Positions 19,588 to 28,614 of a stretch of 34,659 bases of DNA are shown here, one piece after another. The position numbers and the translations under genes were made by a program. The DNA lies in the IMG/VR virus record IMGVR_UViG_3300016474_000648, positions 1-34,659 of that record. One strand, written 5' to 3'. The stretch is from a virus (Duplodnaviria > Caudoviricetes). Under the pieces are notes generated by a model. The model searched no databases. It saw nothing but the letters and a program-made list of their open reading frames with translations, and was not told where the DNA came from. The stretch's first letter is position 1. Each line of letters opens with the position of its first letter.

Positions 19588-20088
19588 TTAGAATGTTATT
19601 TTTATATTTTGGGCTTCACTACCATAAATTGAATAAGTAATATCTAACTGTACAGCATTTGACTCATACGCTGGGGTTAATATTACTGATGCGACATTCA
19701 CACTAGGGAAATTACTTGTTATATCATTAGTGAGTTTTATTTCTAAAGCTCTTAAATTATTTTCTGTTAAATTTTCAAATATAAAATTTCTTAAATTTGA
19801 TCCAAAATTAGGATTTAACACACGTTCACCTTTATTTGTTAAAACATAATTAATTATATTTGATTTAATTTGATCTACAGTTGTGTATGTTGAGTTAAAT
19901 ACTGAATTACCTGTTGAGTAAGTAGGAGATTGGTTATCAACTCCTGGTGGGACAGTTGTATCTCCGGCTGAGGCTGTGTATAAAAGATTATTGAATGTAG
20001 TTCCTTTACCATTAAAAGGAATAGATACCCCAACAGCGACTCGCTTGTTTATATCTAAAGGATGCTTATTTGGTAATCTAACAGCCAT
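19588..20088 (-). CDS. baseplate gp25-like (GPW/gp25) protein
   Basis: QIKSNIINYVLTNKGERVLNPNFGSNLRNFIFE. Confidence 0.88.
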   Translation of the reverse strand: MAVRLPNKHPLDINKRVAVGVSIPFNGKGTTFNNLLYTASAGDTTVPPGVDNQSPTYSTGNSVFNSTYTTVDQIKSNIINYVLTNKGERVLNPNFGSNLRNFIFENLTENNLRALEIKLTNDITSNFPSVNVASVILTPAYESNAVQLDITYSIYGSEAQNIKITF

Positions 20089-20435
20089 TATTTAGTTGTC
20101 ATTAATCCCATTATTTGATCTAAACTTACTTCACCACCAGGTAAACTTGAGCCTTCACCTACTGTACTAACAGGAGGAGGAGTATATGCTGGTTGAGCAT
20201 GTGATGAGTTAGCAGTGACCATAGTATCAAATTCACCACCAATCATGTTACGCAAGTTGCGTTTAATGTCTGGGTTAATGGGTGATGGTTTTGTAGAATA
20301 AGGGATAGGGTTAGCATTTTCATTAACTACAGTTTTAGGAGAACGTACTGCCTCAAGGAGAATATCTTTAATTTCTTCTTGAATTGCTTCACGAACTGCT
20401 TCTTTAATTAACTTTTTTAACATATCTGTTTTCAT
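20088..20435 (-). CDS. hypothetical protein
   Basis: 115 aa; LKKLIKEAVREAIQEE N-terminus with repeated (I/L/V)xE. Confidence 0.7.
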   Translation of the reverse strand: MKTDMLKKLIKEAVREAIQEEIKDILLEAVRSPKTVVNENANPIPYSTKPSPINPDIKRNLRNMIGGEFDTMVTANSSHAQPAYTPPPVSTVGEGSSLPGGEVSLDQIMGLMTTK

Positions 20436-20439
20436 AGTT

Positions 20440-20447
20440 ATAAATAT
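20440..20447 (-). promoter_or_regulatory. ATATTTAT motif, candidate late promoter
   Basis: 4 nt upstream of the ATG at 20435. Confidence 0.5.
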
Positions 20448-20451
20448 TTGA

Positions 20452-22824
20452 TTATTCAGCTGTTAACTGAGGATTTGAATCTATAATAAATTTTAGTTGG
20501 TCAAGTAAAACTTGAGGATCTGAGGCGAAGGATGAGTCTGTTTTTAACACAGGAATACCAGTTTTAGTTAACGCTTGGGCAAAACGACGAGGATATTTAC
20601 TAGAACTAGTAGTATCAAGTTTAATTTCTAATTTAAATCCTCTATAAGTGTCATCTTGTTGAGTTGATTGTATAACAGTACTATTACTAACACCAGTTGA
20701 TTGATTAACAAATGTATTTAATTCATTATTAATTGCTTCAAATGGTATTTCTTGTTCTTGAGCACACTGTTGTATTAAAGTATCTAAATTATTTAATAAT
20801 CTTAATATTATACCTAATACTGCACCAAAAGCAGCTAATGATAAAGTAACAATACTTATAACAACATTTGCTTTTTTTAACGCTTCTTTTAATTTATCCT
20901 TACCAGTACCAGTTAATTCAATAATACCTGATGTTAATGGAGGTAACCCAACAGGAAATGTGAATGGAGGAATACCAGTAGCTGGGTATGGTAATGCTTC
21001 TATTACTGTTATCCCGGCTTGTATAGCTGTGATAGTAGTATTAGTTATGGATAATACTTTAGATAAAGTATTGATAGTTTTATAAGCATTATTTACTTGT
21101 TTAACTAATTTATTTCTTTTATTTGTTAATTCTAATATTTTAGCTTGGCTAGGGCAAGATATTTGATCTTTTATTTTATCTAAAGGTATTTTAGAAATAA
21201 CAGCTTGTAAAGCTATAGCCCCAAAAGGTGCTAATAATTTTATAACAAAAGGAATAGCTGTTTTTTTAAGTTCTTCTTTTTTATTATTAGCGGAATTAGC
21301 TAATCTTTCTTGAGGTGAAAGTTCAGAATTACCTTGTTGTTTAATTAAAGCTGTTTCTTCAGTTAAGATGTCTTGATTAATCTTGTTAGTAGCAGTACTT
21401 GTAATATCAGGAGCAGAAGGCATAGTAACACGAGGTACATCATATTGTTTACCTTCTCCTCCAACTATATCTCCACCAGTTTGCTGCACATTGGATATTT
21501 CCCTAATTTCATGGCCTTCTTTAGAAAAAGTTATAGTTAAACTTTTAGGGTCAAATGTTGTTGGAGTTGTTATTTCCCAATTACCATCTTTATCAGTTAC
21601 AACAGTTACAGGTTCCTCAACCGCTGTTGGTTCCATATTTTCAGAACTAGTAAATTTAGCATTAGCTATATTATATTCTGTACCTTTTTCAGAGTATGCT
21701 TTTTTTAAAGCTTCTGTATTTATATAGTTTGGTTGAGGTGGAGGATCTACTTTATATTTACCAGTCTGAGTTCCATAACTAGGGTATTTGTCTAATAACC
21801 ATTTTCTAAAATCATCACTTTCAGCTGATGTTTTAAAAGGAGTATCAGGATATCCTTGAGTAGTAGGGGTAGTAGGTGTTTCTGAGGTTGTGGATTGTAG
21901 GGATGGATTAGTTATTTTGACTGTATTAGGATTAACTTTATTAGAAGCGTTCCTTCTAGCTACTTCTCCATCTATTGATTCTGCTATAACATTTCCATCT
22001 TGATCTTTAACTTCATATTTTCCTGTAACTGGGTTTTTTATAGGTTCACTTAATTTTATAGGTTTAGGTGGGTTTGCTTTAACTGCTACTCCAGCTAAAG
22101 GTTGTCCTTTTTCATCTTTAACTGTACCTGTGATTTTATTTTGAGAGGTAGCAGGTGCTAATTTAATATCAGAGCAGTATGAAGGAATATAAGAAGGATT
22201 TTTTCCAGAATAGTTTATTCTAGATTGGATTAATCTTCTAACAACATCTTTAACTTGATATTTAGATATGTCAGGATTAGGTCCTGTTCCTCCATAATTT
22301 GCTTTATTTCCAGTACCTGCTTCTACATCACCCCAAACTTTACCATCTCTAGTTATTATAGGAAAAGAAGCAAATTCTTGACCTAAACCTTGAACAGCAT
22401 TTTCTAAATCAGATTTAGATCCTCCATTATTACCTTTAATATATTTATTAACACTTGGACGAGTTTCTAAAATTAAATGATCACCTATTTTTTCTTGAGT
22501 AGTTTCATCAAATAAAGCGTCTAATATATTTAGTTTTTTAGCGATTGAATATAAAGTCTTAGGGATAGTTTGGTATTTACCTACAGCAAATAAGTCACCT
22601 TTACCTAACGCATTCCCACTACTTCTTTGTTCAGTTAAAATTTGTTTTACTGTTTTATTAGTTAAAGATATAGCGTCTTTTCTAAAAAACTTAGACCCAG
22701 GAGTTGTAGTACGTATACCACTTCCTCCACTTGGTCCAAAATTGTAAATATTATAATCCCCAGAACTTTCAACTGAAGCTATAAGTTTTTTTAAATCCGC
22801 TATATCAATTGAGCTGTTAGCCAT
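20452..22824 (-). CDS. baseplate-associated protein with N-terminal lysozyme-like domain and split CarboxypepD_reg-like domain
   Basis: IASVESSGDYN...AVGKYQTIPKTL...FDETTQEK (lysozyme-like); ITGTVKDEKGQPLAGV and TDKDGNWEI...ITFSKEGH; hydrophobic helical C-terminus. Confidence 0.65.
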   Translation of the reverse strand: MANSSIDIADLKKLIASVESSGDYNIYNFGPSGGSGIRTTTPGSKFFRKDAISLTNKTVKQILTEQRSSGNALGKGDLFAVGKYQTIPKTLYSIAKKLNILDALFDETTQEKIGDHLILETRPSVNKYIKGNNGGSKSDLENAVQGLGQEFASFPIITRDGKVWGDVEAGTGNKANYGGTGPNPDISKYQVKDVVRRLIQSRINYSGKNPSYIPSYCSDIKLAPATSQNKITGTVKDEKGQPLAGVAVKANPPKPIKLSEPIKNPVTGKYEVKDQDGNVIAESIDGEVARRNASNKVNPNTVKITNPSLQSTTSETPTTPTTQGYPDTPFKTSAESDDFRKWLLDKYPSYGTQTGKYKVDPPPQPNYINTEALKKAYSEKGTEYNIANAKFTSSENMEPTAVEEPVTVVTDKDGNWEITTPTTFDPKSLTITFSKEGHEIREISNVQQTGGDIVGGEGKQYDVPRVTMPSAPDITSTATNKINQDILTEETALIKQQGNSELSPQERLANSANNKKEELKKTAIPFVIKLLAPFGAIALQAVISKIPLDKIKDQISCPSQAKILELTNKRNKLVKQVNNAYKTINTLSKVLSITNTTITAIQAGITVIEALPYPATGIPPFTFPVGLPPLTSGIIELTGTGKDKLKEALKKANVVISIVTLSLAAFGAVLGIILRLLNNLDTLIQQCAQEQEIPFEAINNELNTFVNQSTGVSNSTVIQSTQQDDTYRGFKLEIKLDTTSSSKYPRRFAQALTKTGIPVLKTDSSFASDPQVLLDQLKFIIDSNPQLTAE

Positions 22825-22839
22825 GGTTTTATTTATCTT

Positions 22840-24120
22840 TTATTTCCCTTTGTTAACAAAAACCTGATTAGAAAGAATATTTTTATTATTAAGAGTATTT
22901 TTTAAATTAGTACAAGCTGATTTTAATATAGGGCCAGCCGCTGTTAAAGTAGCTACAGGACCTATAACAGCCACATTTGTTGTCATAGCTTCAGCGGCTG
23001 CTTCTACAGCTTGAAGGAAAGTTAAAAGAGCTTGGGTTAATTCTTCTCCTAATACAGCTGATTGTAATTGTATACCTTCTTTCCCAAATGATGATCCAAG
23101 ATATACTTTAGGTGATGCTAAAGTAATTTGATTAGCAGCGTCAAAATTAAGAGTTGTATTAGCTGATAAATGAATTGATTTATTTGAGCTTAAAATAATA
23201 TTATCTTTTTTAGAATTAAATACTAACTGGCCTGAGTTGAGTAGTATTTGATCTCCTAAATAAGATTGAACTGCAGGGGAAGTATTAGTAAATCCGTAAG
23301 AATTAATAATATTACTAGATAAAACCAATGGTATTTGTTGGTTAGCAGTTAAATAAATAGATGATTTATCAGTATTAATATTTTCAACTGTTGGAACCCA
23401 AGGATAAGCAGTAGTAGCAGCATCATCAGGTTGACCATTTCTAATAATAACAATAGGTGATCCTTCTTTTCCAGCAAATGACCAAGGGTTAGCTAAAGCA
23501 GCATTACTAACAGTAGATCCAAATCTTATAGAATTACCAAAACGTCCTTCATATATAATATCACCTTCATATGGTAAAAGAGGACGATTATTTAAAACAT
23601 TATTTTCAGTAAAAGTTTTTCCTAAATTTATGTCTGTATCTTGATCTGTTACTCTTCTAACTGATCCTGCCTCTACTAATGGGTATTCTTTATTTTCTAA
23701 TTCAGGAGTGATATTTGATGAAGGTACAGCATTATGTACTTGGCTATTCCAAGCATTTATTGGAGGTAGATAATATGCTGCTACAGCTGAAGTGTCTGAA
23801 GTTACATCAGGGTCAGCTAAATATAAGATAGGAACCAGTTCATTAATTAATGGGTATTGTTTAATATTAGGAAAAGCAGGGTAAGCAGGTATAAGAGGAA
23901 TCTCATCTTTACGGTTAGGTTGGATTGTAGGTTCAATGAAAATGGTTCCTATACCATTCCAACCTCCAAATTCATTAAAACGATCATGAGTATCATCTAA
24001 TATAATATCTCTAACTCTACTAGAAATAATAGTGCTAGTTGATGTTGGAGATTTTACATCTAGCTTAGGAGCGTTATATTTAATAGAATTACCAAAACCA
24101 TATCTTACATCAAGAGTCAT
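22840..24120 (-). CDS. baseplate central spike-like protein (gp5/gpV-like)
   Basis: YPLINELV OB-fold-like segment, EGDIIYEGRFGNSIRFGS, beta-helix-like repeats ILLNSGQLVFNSKKDNIILSSNKSIHLSA. Confidence 0.65.
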   Translation of the reverse strand: MTLDVRYGFGNSIKYNAPKLDVKSPTSTSTIISSRVRDIILDDTHDRFNEFGGWNGIGTIFIEPTIQPNRKDEIPLIPAYPAFPNIKQYPLINELVPILYLADPDVTSDTSAVAAYYLPPINAWNSQVHNAVPSSNITPELENKEYPLVEAGSVRRVTDQDTDINLGKTFTENNVLNNRPLLPYEGDIIYEGRFGNSIRFGSTVSNAALANPWSFAGKEGSPIVIIRNGQPDDAATTAYPWVPTVENINTDKSSIYLTANQQIPLVLSSNIINSYGFTNTSPAVQSYLGDQILLNSGQLVFNSKKDNIILSSNKSIHLSANTTLNFDAANQITLASPKVYLGSSFGKEGIQLQSAVLGEELTQALLTFLQAVEAAAEAMTTNVAVIGPVATLTAAGPILKSACTNLKNTLNNKNILSNQVFVNKGK

Positions 24121-24461
24121 TATTCACCTCCTTCTTTAAACTTATCTATCTCAGCTAACAATTGAGCTTTTTCTTCTTCAGAAATACCAAAACCACCTTC
24201 AGCAGTTCCATTATTACTCATAATACGTTGAATGATAGTAGCCATTTTAATTAATTGTTCATCATTTTTAACACTTATTTCTAAGTATTCTTTAATTAAA
24301 GGAACAATTAAAGTAGCATCTCCTATCTCATTCACCAGTGGTTTTAATTCTGATATAAGAGCAGAGATTTGTTTTTCTTTTTTCTTTTGATTATTGTATA
24401 TTTCTTCTAAAATATCAGAAAATTTTTTACCACCAAATACAATATTATCTAAACCATTCAT
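24120..24461 (-). CDS. hypothetical helical protein
   Basis: 113 aa ORF coupled to the spike gene. Confidence 0.7.
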   Translation of the reverse strand: MNGLDNIVFGGKKFSDILEEIYNNQKKKEKQISALISELKPLVNEIGDATLIVPLIKEYLEISVKNDEQLIKMATIIQRIMSNNGTAEGGFGISEEEKAQLLAEIDKFKEGGE

Positions 24462-24476
24462 GATATTTATTTAATT

Positions 24477-24484
24477 ATAAATAT
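24477..24484 (-). promoter_or_regulatory. ATATTTAT motif, candidate late promoter at the head of the baseplate module
   Basis: 15 nt upstream of the ATG at 24461. Confidence 0.5.
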
Positions 24485-24486
24485 AA

Positions 24487-25200
24487 TTATGGGAAATTTG
24501 TATACCCGTTTTCTAAATAGAAATAATAATGTTCTTTAAACATGTCATATAATTTATTTGCTATTTTAGTGATTTTAGGGGTTTTAACATCAATTATTTC
24601 ACGAATGTAGATATATAGTGCTTTTTTATTAAAAATTTCTATACTCTCTCTTTTACGGAATAATTCTAAAATAGCATCTGCAATCTTAGCATCTCCTTCT
24701 TTAGGAAACAAAGTATAAATATTTTGAGAACAATACCCTGTGAATTCATCTAAAAACAAAGAAAGTTTATCCATAGGATCATCTGATAATGAGTAGCTAT
24801 ATTTCTCATCAGATTCAAGTTCTTCAATTGGAGCTTTGTCTACTCGTTTTTTATAATTTTTAGTATTTGAAATAATCAAATAACGTTTAGCAATAGTCCC
24901 AAAATATGAATATGCTTTAGCTCCTTTTTCTGGGTTGAATAGATGGATTTTAGAAAGTAAAAATGAAATTACTTCATGTTGTAAATCCTCAATATTACTA
25001 ACCTCAGTATAGTAGAATTTAAAAGTGTGGATGATATTTTCTGTTAATTTAAAAAATGCATAATGAATTCGATCACGATATATTTTATTTCTTAAATCAA
25101 AATCAGTTGTATTGTTATACTCAATAATAGCATTTTCTGTTTCTTGAGTAAAATACATCCCACTCGTTTTTGGTTTTACCGTTACTACTATATCACTCAT
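24487..25200 (-). CDS. phage sigma factor (T4 gp55-like, sigma70 region 2)
   Basis: YFTQETENAI, DLQHEVISFLLSKIHLFNPEKGAKAYSYFGTIAKRYLI match the sigma region 2 pattern. Confidence 0.72.
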   Translation of the reverse strand: MSDIVVTVKPKTSGMYFTQETENAIIEYNNTTDFDLRNKIYRDRIHYAFFKLTENIIHTFKFYYTEVSNIEDLQHEVISFLLSKIHLFNPEKGAKAYSYFGTIAKRYLIISNTKNYKKRVDKAPIEELESDEKYSYSLSDDPMDKLSLFLDEFTGYCSQNIYTLFPKEGDAKIADAILELFRKRESIEIFNKKALYIYIREIIDVKTPKITKIANKLYDMFKEHYYFYLENGYTNFP

Positions 25201-25472
25201 AAATTTTTAATATTAAACTGGTTTAGGATATCTTGGATTTGTTTAATTGATTCAAAAAAGAAACCAACCTCATCATCTGATTTAAATGATTCTCTAGCAT
25301 CTACTTCTTTAAGTTTCTTATCTGCCATTTCAATTATATCAGATACTTTATTTAAATAAGACATATACCCCATTAGGATATCTTCTTGTTTTTCATTTTT
25401 TCTAAGAAGATTAAAGGTCGTGTATCCTAAGATCACGACCATTAAACTTAATATAACAATTGCTATAATCAT
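25197..25472 (-). CDS. small membrane protein
   Basis: N-terminal TM helix followed by a coiled coil. Confidence 0.7.
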   Translation of the reverse strand: MIIAIVILSLMVVILGYTTFNLLRKNEKQEDILMGYMSYLNKVSDIIEMADKKLKEVDARESFKSDDEVGFFFESIKQIQDILNQFNIKNL

Positions 25473-26245
25473 ATATTATCTAGTAAACTTTTTAATCCTT
25501 CACTCTTGATATTACCTAAAGCTTTAGTCTTAACAGGTGATTTCTTGTTCTTTTCAATTGTGAAATTTGATTGATTATTTTGGGTTACTTCGCCTTTAAG
25601 TTTAGGCATCCATACTTGCTCGAACTCAATACGTGCTGCCATTAAATCTGCTTGATGTACAATAAATACTAACGCGGTACGTGGTTTTGTTTCTGGTGAC
25701 CAAGACATTAGGTATGGCTTATTAGCATCATCATATAAACCATCATGTAATTTAATTGCTAACATTTCATTTTTGGAGAATGTAATACCATGAGACATAA
25801 GTAAATGTAATCCACGATCTGGCACTGACATATATTCAAGGCGATCATTGAATTTATAGTCTTCACCTAGTTTCTCTTTACGCCATTGATCTGTCTGGGG
25901 GATGTATGATTCGTTCTGTTCATCTCCCATTTTACCTAAGTCATGATTTAGAGCGGCGAATACTAATTCTTCAACTGTATATGTTGAAGTATCAACTCCC
26001 ATATCTACCCAAACTTTATTTAGTTTAAGAGCACATTGTACTACTCGTAATACGTGATCTACATAACCACCTGGGAATGCATTATGATATTCTTTTTTAT
26101 GAGAAGCAGGCATAAGCATAATACGCTCAGCATACTGTTCATAAAATGCTTTTAATTCAGAACATCTAGGTTCAGAAATATGTTCATCAATAATAGACAA
26201 AAATTTGTTCCAATTATCTTGGATTTGTTCTGCTGTTAGTTTCAT
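25469..26245 (-). CDS. HD-domain phosphohydrolase (YhaM-like HD)
   Basis: PAS...YHNAFPGGYVDHVLRV, LNHDLGKMG, LHDG, HQAD. Confidence 0.85.
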   Translation of the reverse strand: MKLTAEQIQDNWNKFLSIIDEHISEPRCSELKAFYEQYAERIMLMPASHKKEYHNAFPGGYVDHVLRVVQCALKLNKVWVDMGVDTSTYTVEELVFAALNHDLGKMGDEQNESYIPQTDQWRKEKLGEDYKFNDRLEYMSVPDRGLHLLMSHGITFSKNEMLAIKLHDGLYDDANKPYLMSWSPETKPRTALVFIVHQADLMAARIEFEQVWMPKLKGEVTQNNQSNFTIEKNKKSPVKTKALGNIKSEGLKSLLDNI

Positions 26246-26445
26246 CGTGCGGCAACATTTAATTCATAACCATCAATAGGTTCACTTTCAACATAAGCTC
26301 TAGTTTGTTCAATTGAATCTTTAATTCTATCTAAAGCTTCTTTATAAGCCTCAATTGGTTGTTGTTGATTAACAATAAAATTGAGTTGATTAGTTAAACC
26401 TTCGATTCGGTTTAATTCACGTAAGATACTGTCTCTATGTTTCAT
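26242..26445 (-). CDS. hypothetical protein
   Basis: 67 aa, helical; ATGA overlap with the HD gene. Confidence 0.65.
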   Translation of the reverse strand: MKHRDSILRELNRIEGLTNQLNFIVNQQQPIEAYKEALDRIKDSIEQTRAYVESEPIDGYELNVAAR

Positions 26446-26525
26446 ATATTTGTTTTTAATAACGTTATTACATTATCACGTTTTCTTATTCCTACGTTTT
26501 AATGTTTTCCTTATAACCCGTAATT

Positions 26526-26557
26526 ATATAATATTAAAAGAAAACTGTGGGGCCAAA
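26526..26557 (-). promoter_or_regulatory. variant early/middle-type promoter TTTG-N20-TATTATAT
   Basis: TTTGGCCCCACAG matches the -33 half of the repeat family; -7 half diverged. Confidence 0.45.
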
Positions 26558-26977
26558 TTATTTTTGAGAGAGGTTTACTATGTCTTGAATTTGTTTCAAG
26601 AATATACATCTTTCATATTCTTCTACACTTTCAAAGTATATTAAAGCTGCGTCTAGTGTTTTTTTAAATACATCATCTGAATATAAATGGATACAATCAA
26701 GATGTGTTTGGTTAGTAATGTCTAATTTAAACAAATGATTATAAGCTTTATCATAAACCATATATCCACTAACTCTTTCAACTTCATCAACATCCAGATC
26801 TGGGTTAGCATCTCCTAAAAATTTAATCAATTGTTTAGCAAATGTTTCATAATTGGTGACTAACCTTTTAAACATTCCTATCCAGATTACAGGACTTTCA
26901 GACAAATCTATCTGTGATATAGCCTCTTCAGGTTCTTCGGGAGATTTGAATAAACTAAATATCTTGTTAATATTCAT
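26558..26977 (-). CDS. hypothetical protein with C-terminal UVR-like motif
   Basis: ALIYFESVEEYERCIFLKQI resembles the UvrB/UvrC coiled-coil motif. Confidence 0.6.
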   Translation of the reverse strand: MNINKIFSLFKSPEEPEEAISQIDLSESPVIWIGMFKRLVTNYETFAKQLIKFLGDANPDLDVDEVERVSGYMVYDKAYNHLFKLDITNQTHLDCIHLYSDDVFKKTLDAALIYFESVEEYERCIFLKQIQDIVNLSQK

Positions 26978-27058
26978 ACATTATACATATGGTTAAAACT
27001 GGTTTTTAGTGGGTTTAATAGTGCCACTTATACCTTATACATATTGTAATATAACAAG

Positions 27059-27083
27059 AAAAAAAGCGGCTAAAAGCCGCTTT
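27059..27083 (-). terminator. intrinsic terminator (possibly bidirectional)
   Basis: Minus strand AAAGCGGCT-TTT-AGCCGCTTTTTTT. Confidence 0.75.
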
Positions 27084-27105
27084 AAAAAGTAAGTTTAAAT
27101 TATTA

Positions 27106-27420
27106 TTATCCTTTAATTAATTGCTTTGGGGGAGCACCTAGTGCTTTATCAAACCGTGAATCCGTATATGAACGACATTCAGCTATTTGTCTATAAACAT
27201 TTTCAAATTCATAAGATACTTGACGATCTGTATCTTCAAATTTTTTATAAACTTGTTGAAGATTATAGTCTCTATCTCGAGTACCATTATCTATCCACTC
27301 ATGAGTGGCTTTTAATTCAAATGTTAATTTGTTAATCTTAACTATACCCCAAACAATCACAGCCATAAAAGCAACTGCAATAATCGAGAGCATACCTAAA
27401 ACGAAAGATGTTGTTTCCAT
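27106..27420 (-). CDS. small membrane protein
   Basis: N-terminal TM helix, C-terminal SYTDSRFDK. Confidence 0.7.
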   Translation of the reverse strand: METTSFVLGMLSIIAVAFMAVIVWGIVKINKLTFELKATHEWIDNGTRDRDYNLQQVYKKFEDTDRQVSYEFENVYRQIAECRSYTDSRFDKALGAPPKQLIKG

Positions 27421-27459
27421 AATTTATTTCTCCTTTATTTCAATGAACTTACTTTTTAG

Positions 27460-27533
27460 TGCACCTTACAGGAATCGAACCTGTGACCTACTGATTATGA
27501 GTCAGTTGCTCTAACCGATTGAGCTAAAGGTGC
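27460..27533 (-). tRNA. tRNA with CAU anticodon, most likely Ile2 (lysidine type); Met not excluded
   Basis: GCACCTT/AAGGTGC acceptor, TAGCTCAATCGGTTAGAGC D arm, ACTGA-CTCATAA-TCAGT, GGTTCGATTCC T arm; no encoded CCA. Confidence 0.9.
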
Positions 27534-27989
27534 TTATTTACAAATCGCATCCGCTACATATGAAGCTACAACTGCGTTTGGTTTACAACGAGGTGTATAT
27601 CCCATTGATTCAACATAACCTAGAGCTGCTCGTAACACTTGATTTGATTTATATTTTGGGTCTGGGTTTAAATCTATGTCTATGAAATTAGGTTTTGGTA
27701 TTCCATGTTCAACTAAATAATTAGCTATTTGTAATGAGTACTCTACTTCATTCCATAGTCTACTAAATCTATCTCTAATAAGAGGAACTATATCTTTAAC
27801 ATATAAAACATGCCCTCCCTTCCTAGTATTATGTAATACAATTACTGTCGCAAAAGTAGTATTTCTAGTATTTTGGGAATCACTACCTATGAAAATACTT
27901 GTATCATTATTTTTAGATAAAAAGTCTTTAATGTATGGGATTAAATCAATCTCATTTCTAGTTGTCAATGATTTGAATTTAAATTCCAT
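27534..27989 (-). CDS. RNase H-like YkuK/DUF458 family protein
   Basis: IFIGSDSQ, RLWNEVEYSL, IDIDLN, KPNAVVASYVAD. Confidence 0.8.
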   Translation of the reverse strand: MEFKFKSLTTRNEIDLIPYIKDFLSKNNDTSIFIGSDSQNTRNTTFATVIVLHNTRKGGHVLYVKDIVPLIRDRFSRLWNEVEYSLQIANYLVEHGIPKPNFIDIDLNPDPKYKSNQVLRAALGYVESMGYTPRCKPNAVVASYVADAICK

Positions 27990-28031
27990 ATAAAACTGTT
28001 TATCATAAATAATATAATAAGAGGTTTTTAA

Positions 28032-28421
28032 TCACCAAACTTTATTTGGAGAATAAACTCTAAAAAAATGATATGAAGTACGAGCTATAGGAAATCTAAT
28101 TACAAAGAAATTATAACTATCCCAAAATCTAATAGCATACTTACTATCAAGCTTCCCATCAAAATAAACTTCAGCTGTTCCTGTTCTAAGGTCACAAACA
28201 AACTTTAAAGCATTATTTTGAATAACATATATGTCTTCTTCCTCTATTAATTTGATCTTATAAAGTTGATCTGTTCTATAAAGTGAATCAATAACTATAT
28301 GACTATGACCTGGGATGAATAGTCTATATTCTTCTTGATCAAATCTTTTGTTTATGGGGACGTATTGAGAGTATAATGAAACCTTTATTAGTAGTGCTAG
28401 AAGCACAGTTAATATTTTCAT
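28032..28421 (-). CDS. putative exported protein (probable start 28421, MKILTVLL...)
   Basis: Signal-peptide-like N-terminus ending SLYS-Q; ATATTTAT motif upstream at 28437-28444. Confidence 0.6.
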   Translation of the reverse strand: MKILTVLLALLIKVSLYSQYVPINKRFDQEEYRLFIPGHSHIVIDSLYRTDQLYKIKLIEEEDIYVIQNNALKFVCDLRTGTAEVYFDGKLDSKYAIRFWDSYNFFVIRFPIARTSYHFFRVYSPNKVW

Positions 28422-28455
28422 TATGGTGTGTTTATAATAAATATTATAAACCAAG

Positions 28456-28527
28456 TACCCCTACCTGGACTCGAACCAGGAATAACAGATTAGAAATCTG
28501 TGGTTATATCCCTTTAACTATAGAGGC
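28456..28527 (-). tRNA. tRNA-Arg(UCU)
   Basis: GCCTCTA/TAGGGGT acceptor, ACAGA-TTTCTAA-TCTGT anticodon arm, CCTGGTTCGAGTCCAGG T arm; no encoded CCA. Confidence 0.88.
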
Positions 28528-28532
28528 ATAAA

Positions 28533-28609
28533 CCTATATTCGCTCACACCGGGTGCTGCAGTTTACGCTGAGTATTGCGAATATAGGGGGATTGATAGCG
28601 ACTCAATCC
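28533..28609 (-). ncRNA. candidate structured RNA (two stem-loops) between tRNA genes
   Basis: 11-bp stem CCTATATTCGC/GCGAATATAGG (28533-43, 28577-87) and 7-bp hairpin GGATTGA-GTCGCTA-TCAATCC (28589-609). Confidence 0.4.
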
Positions 28610-28614
28610 TTTAG

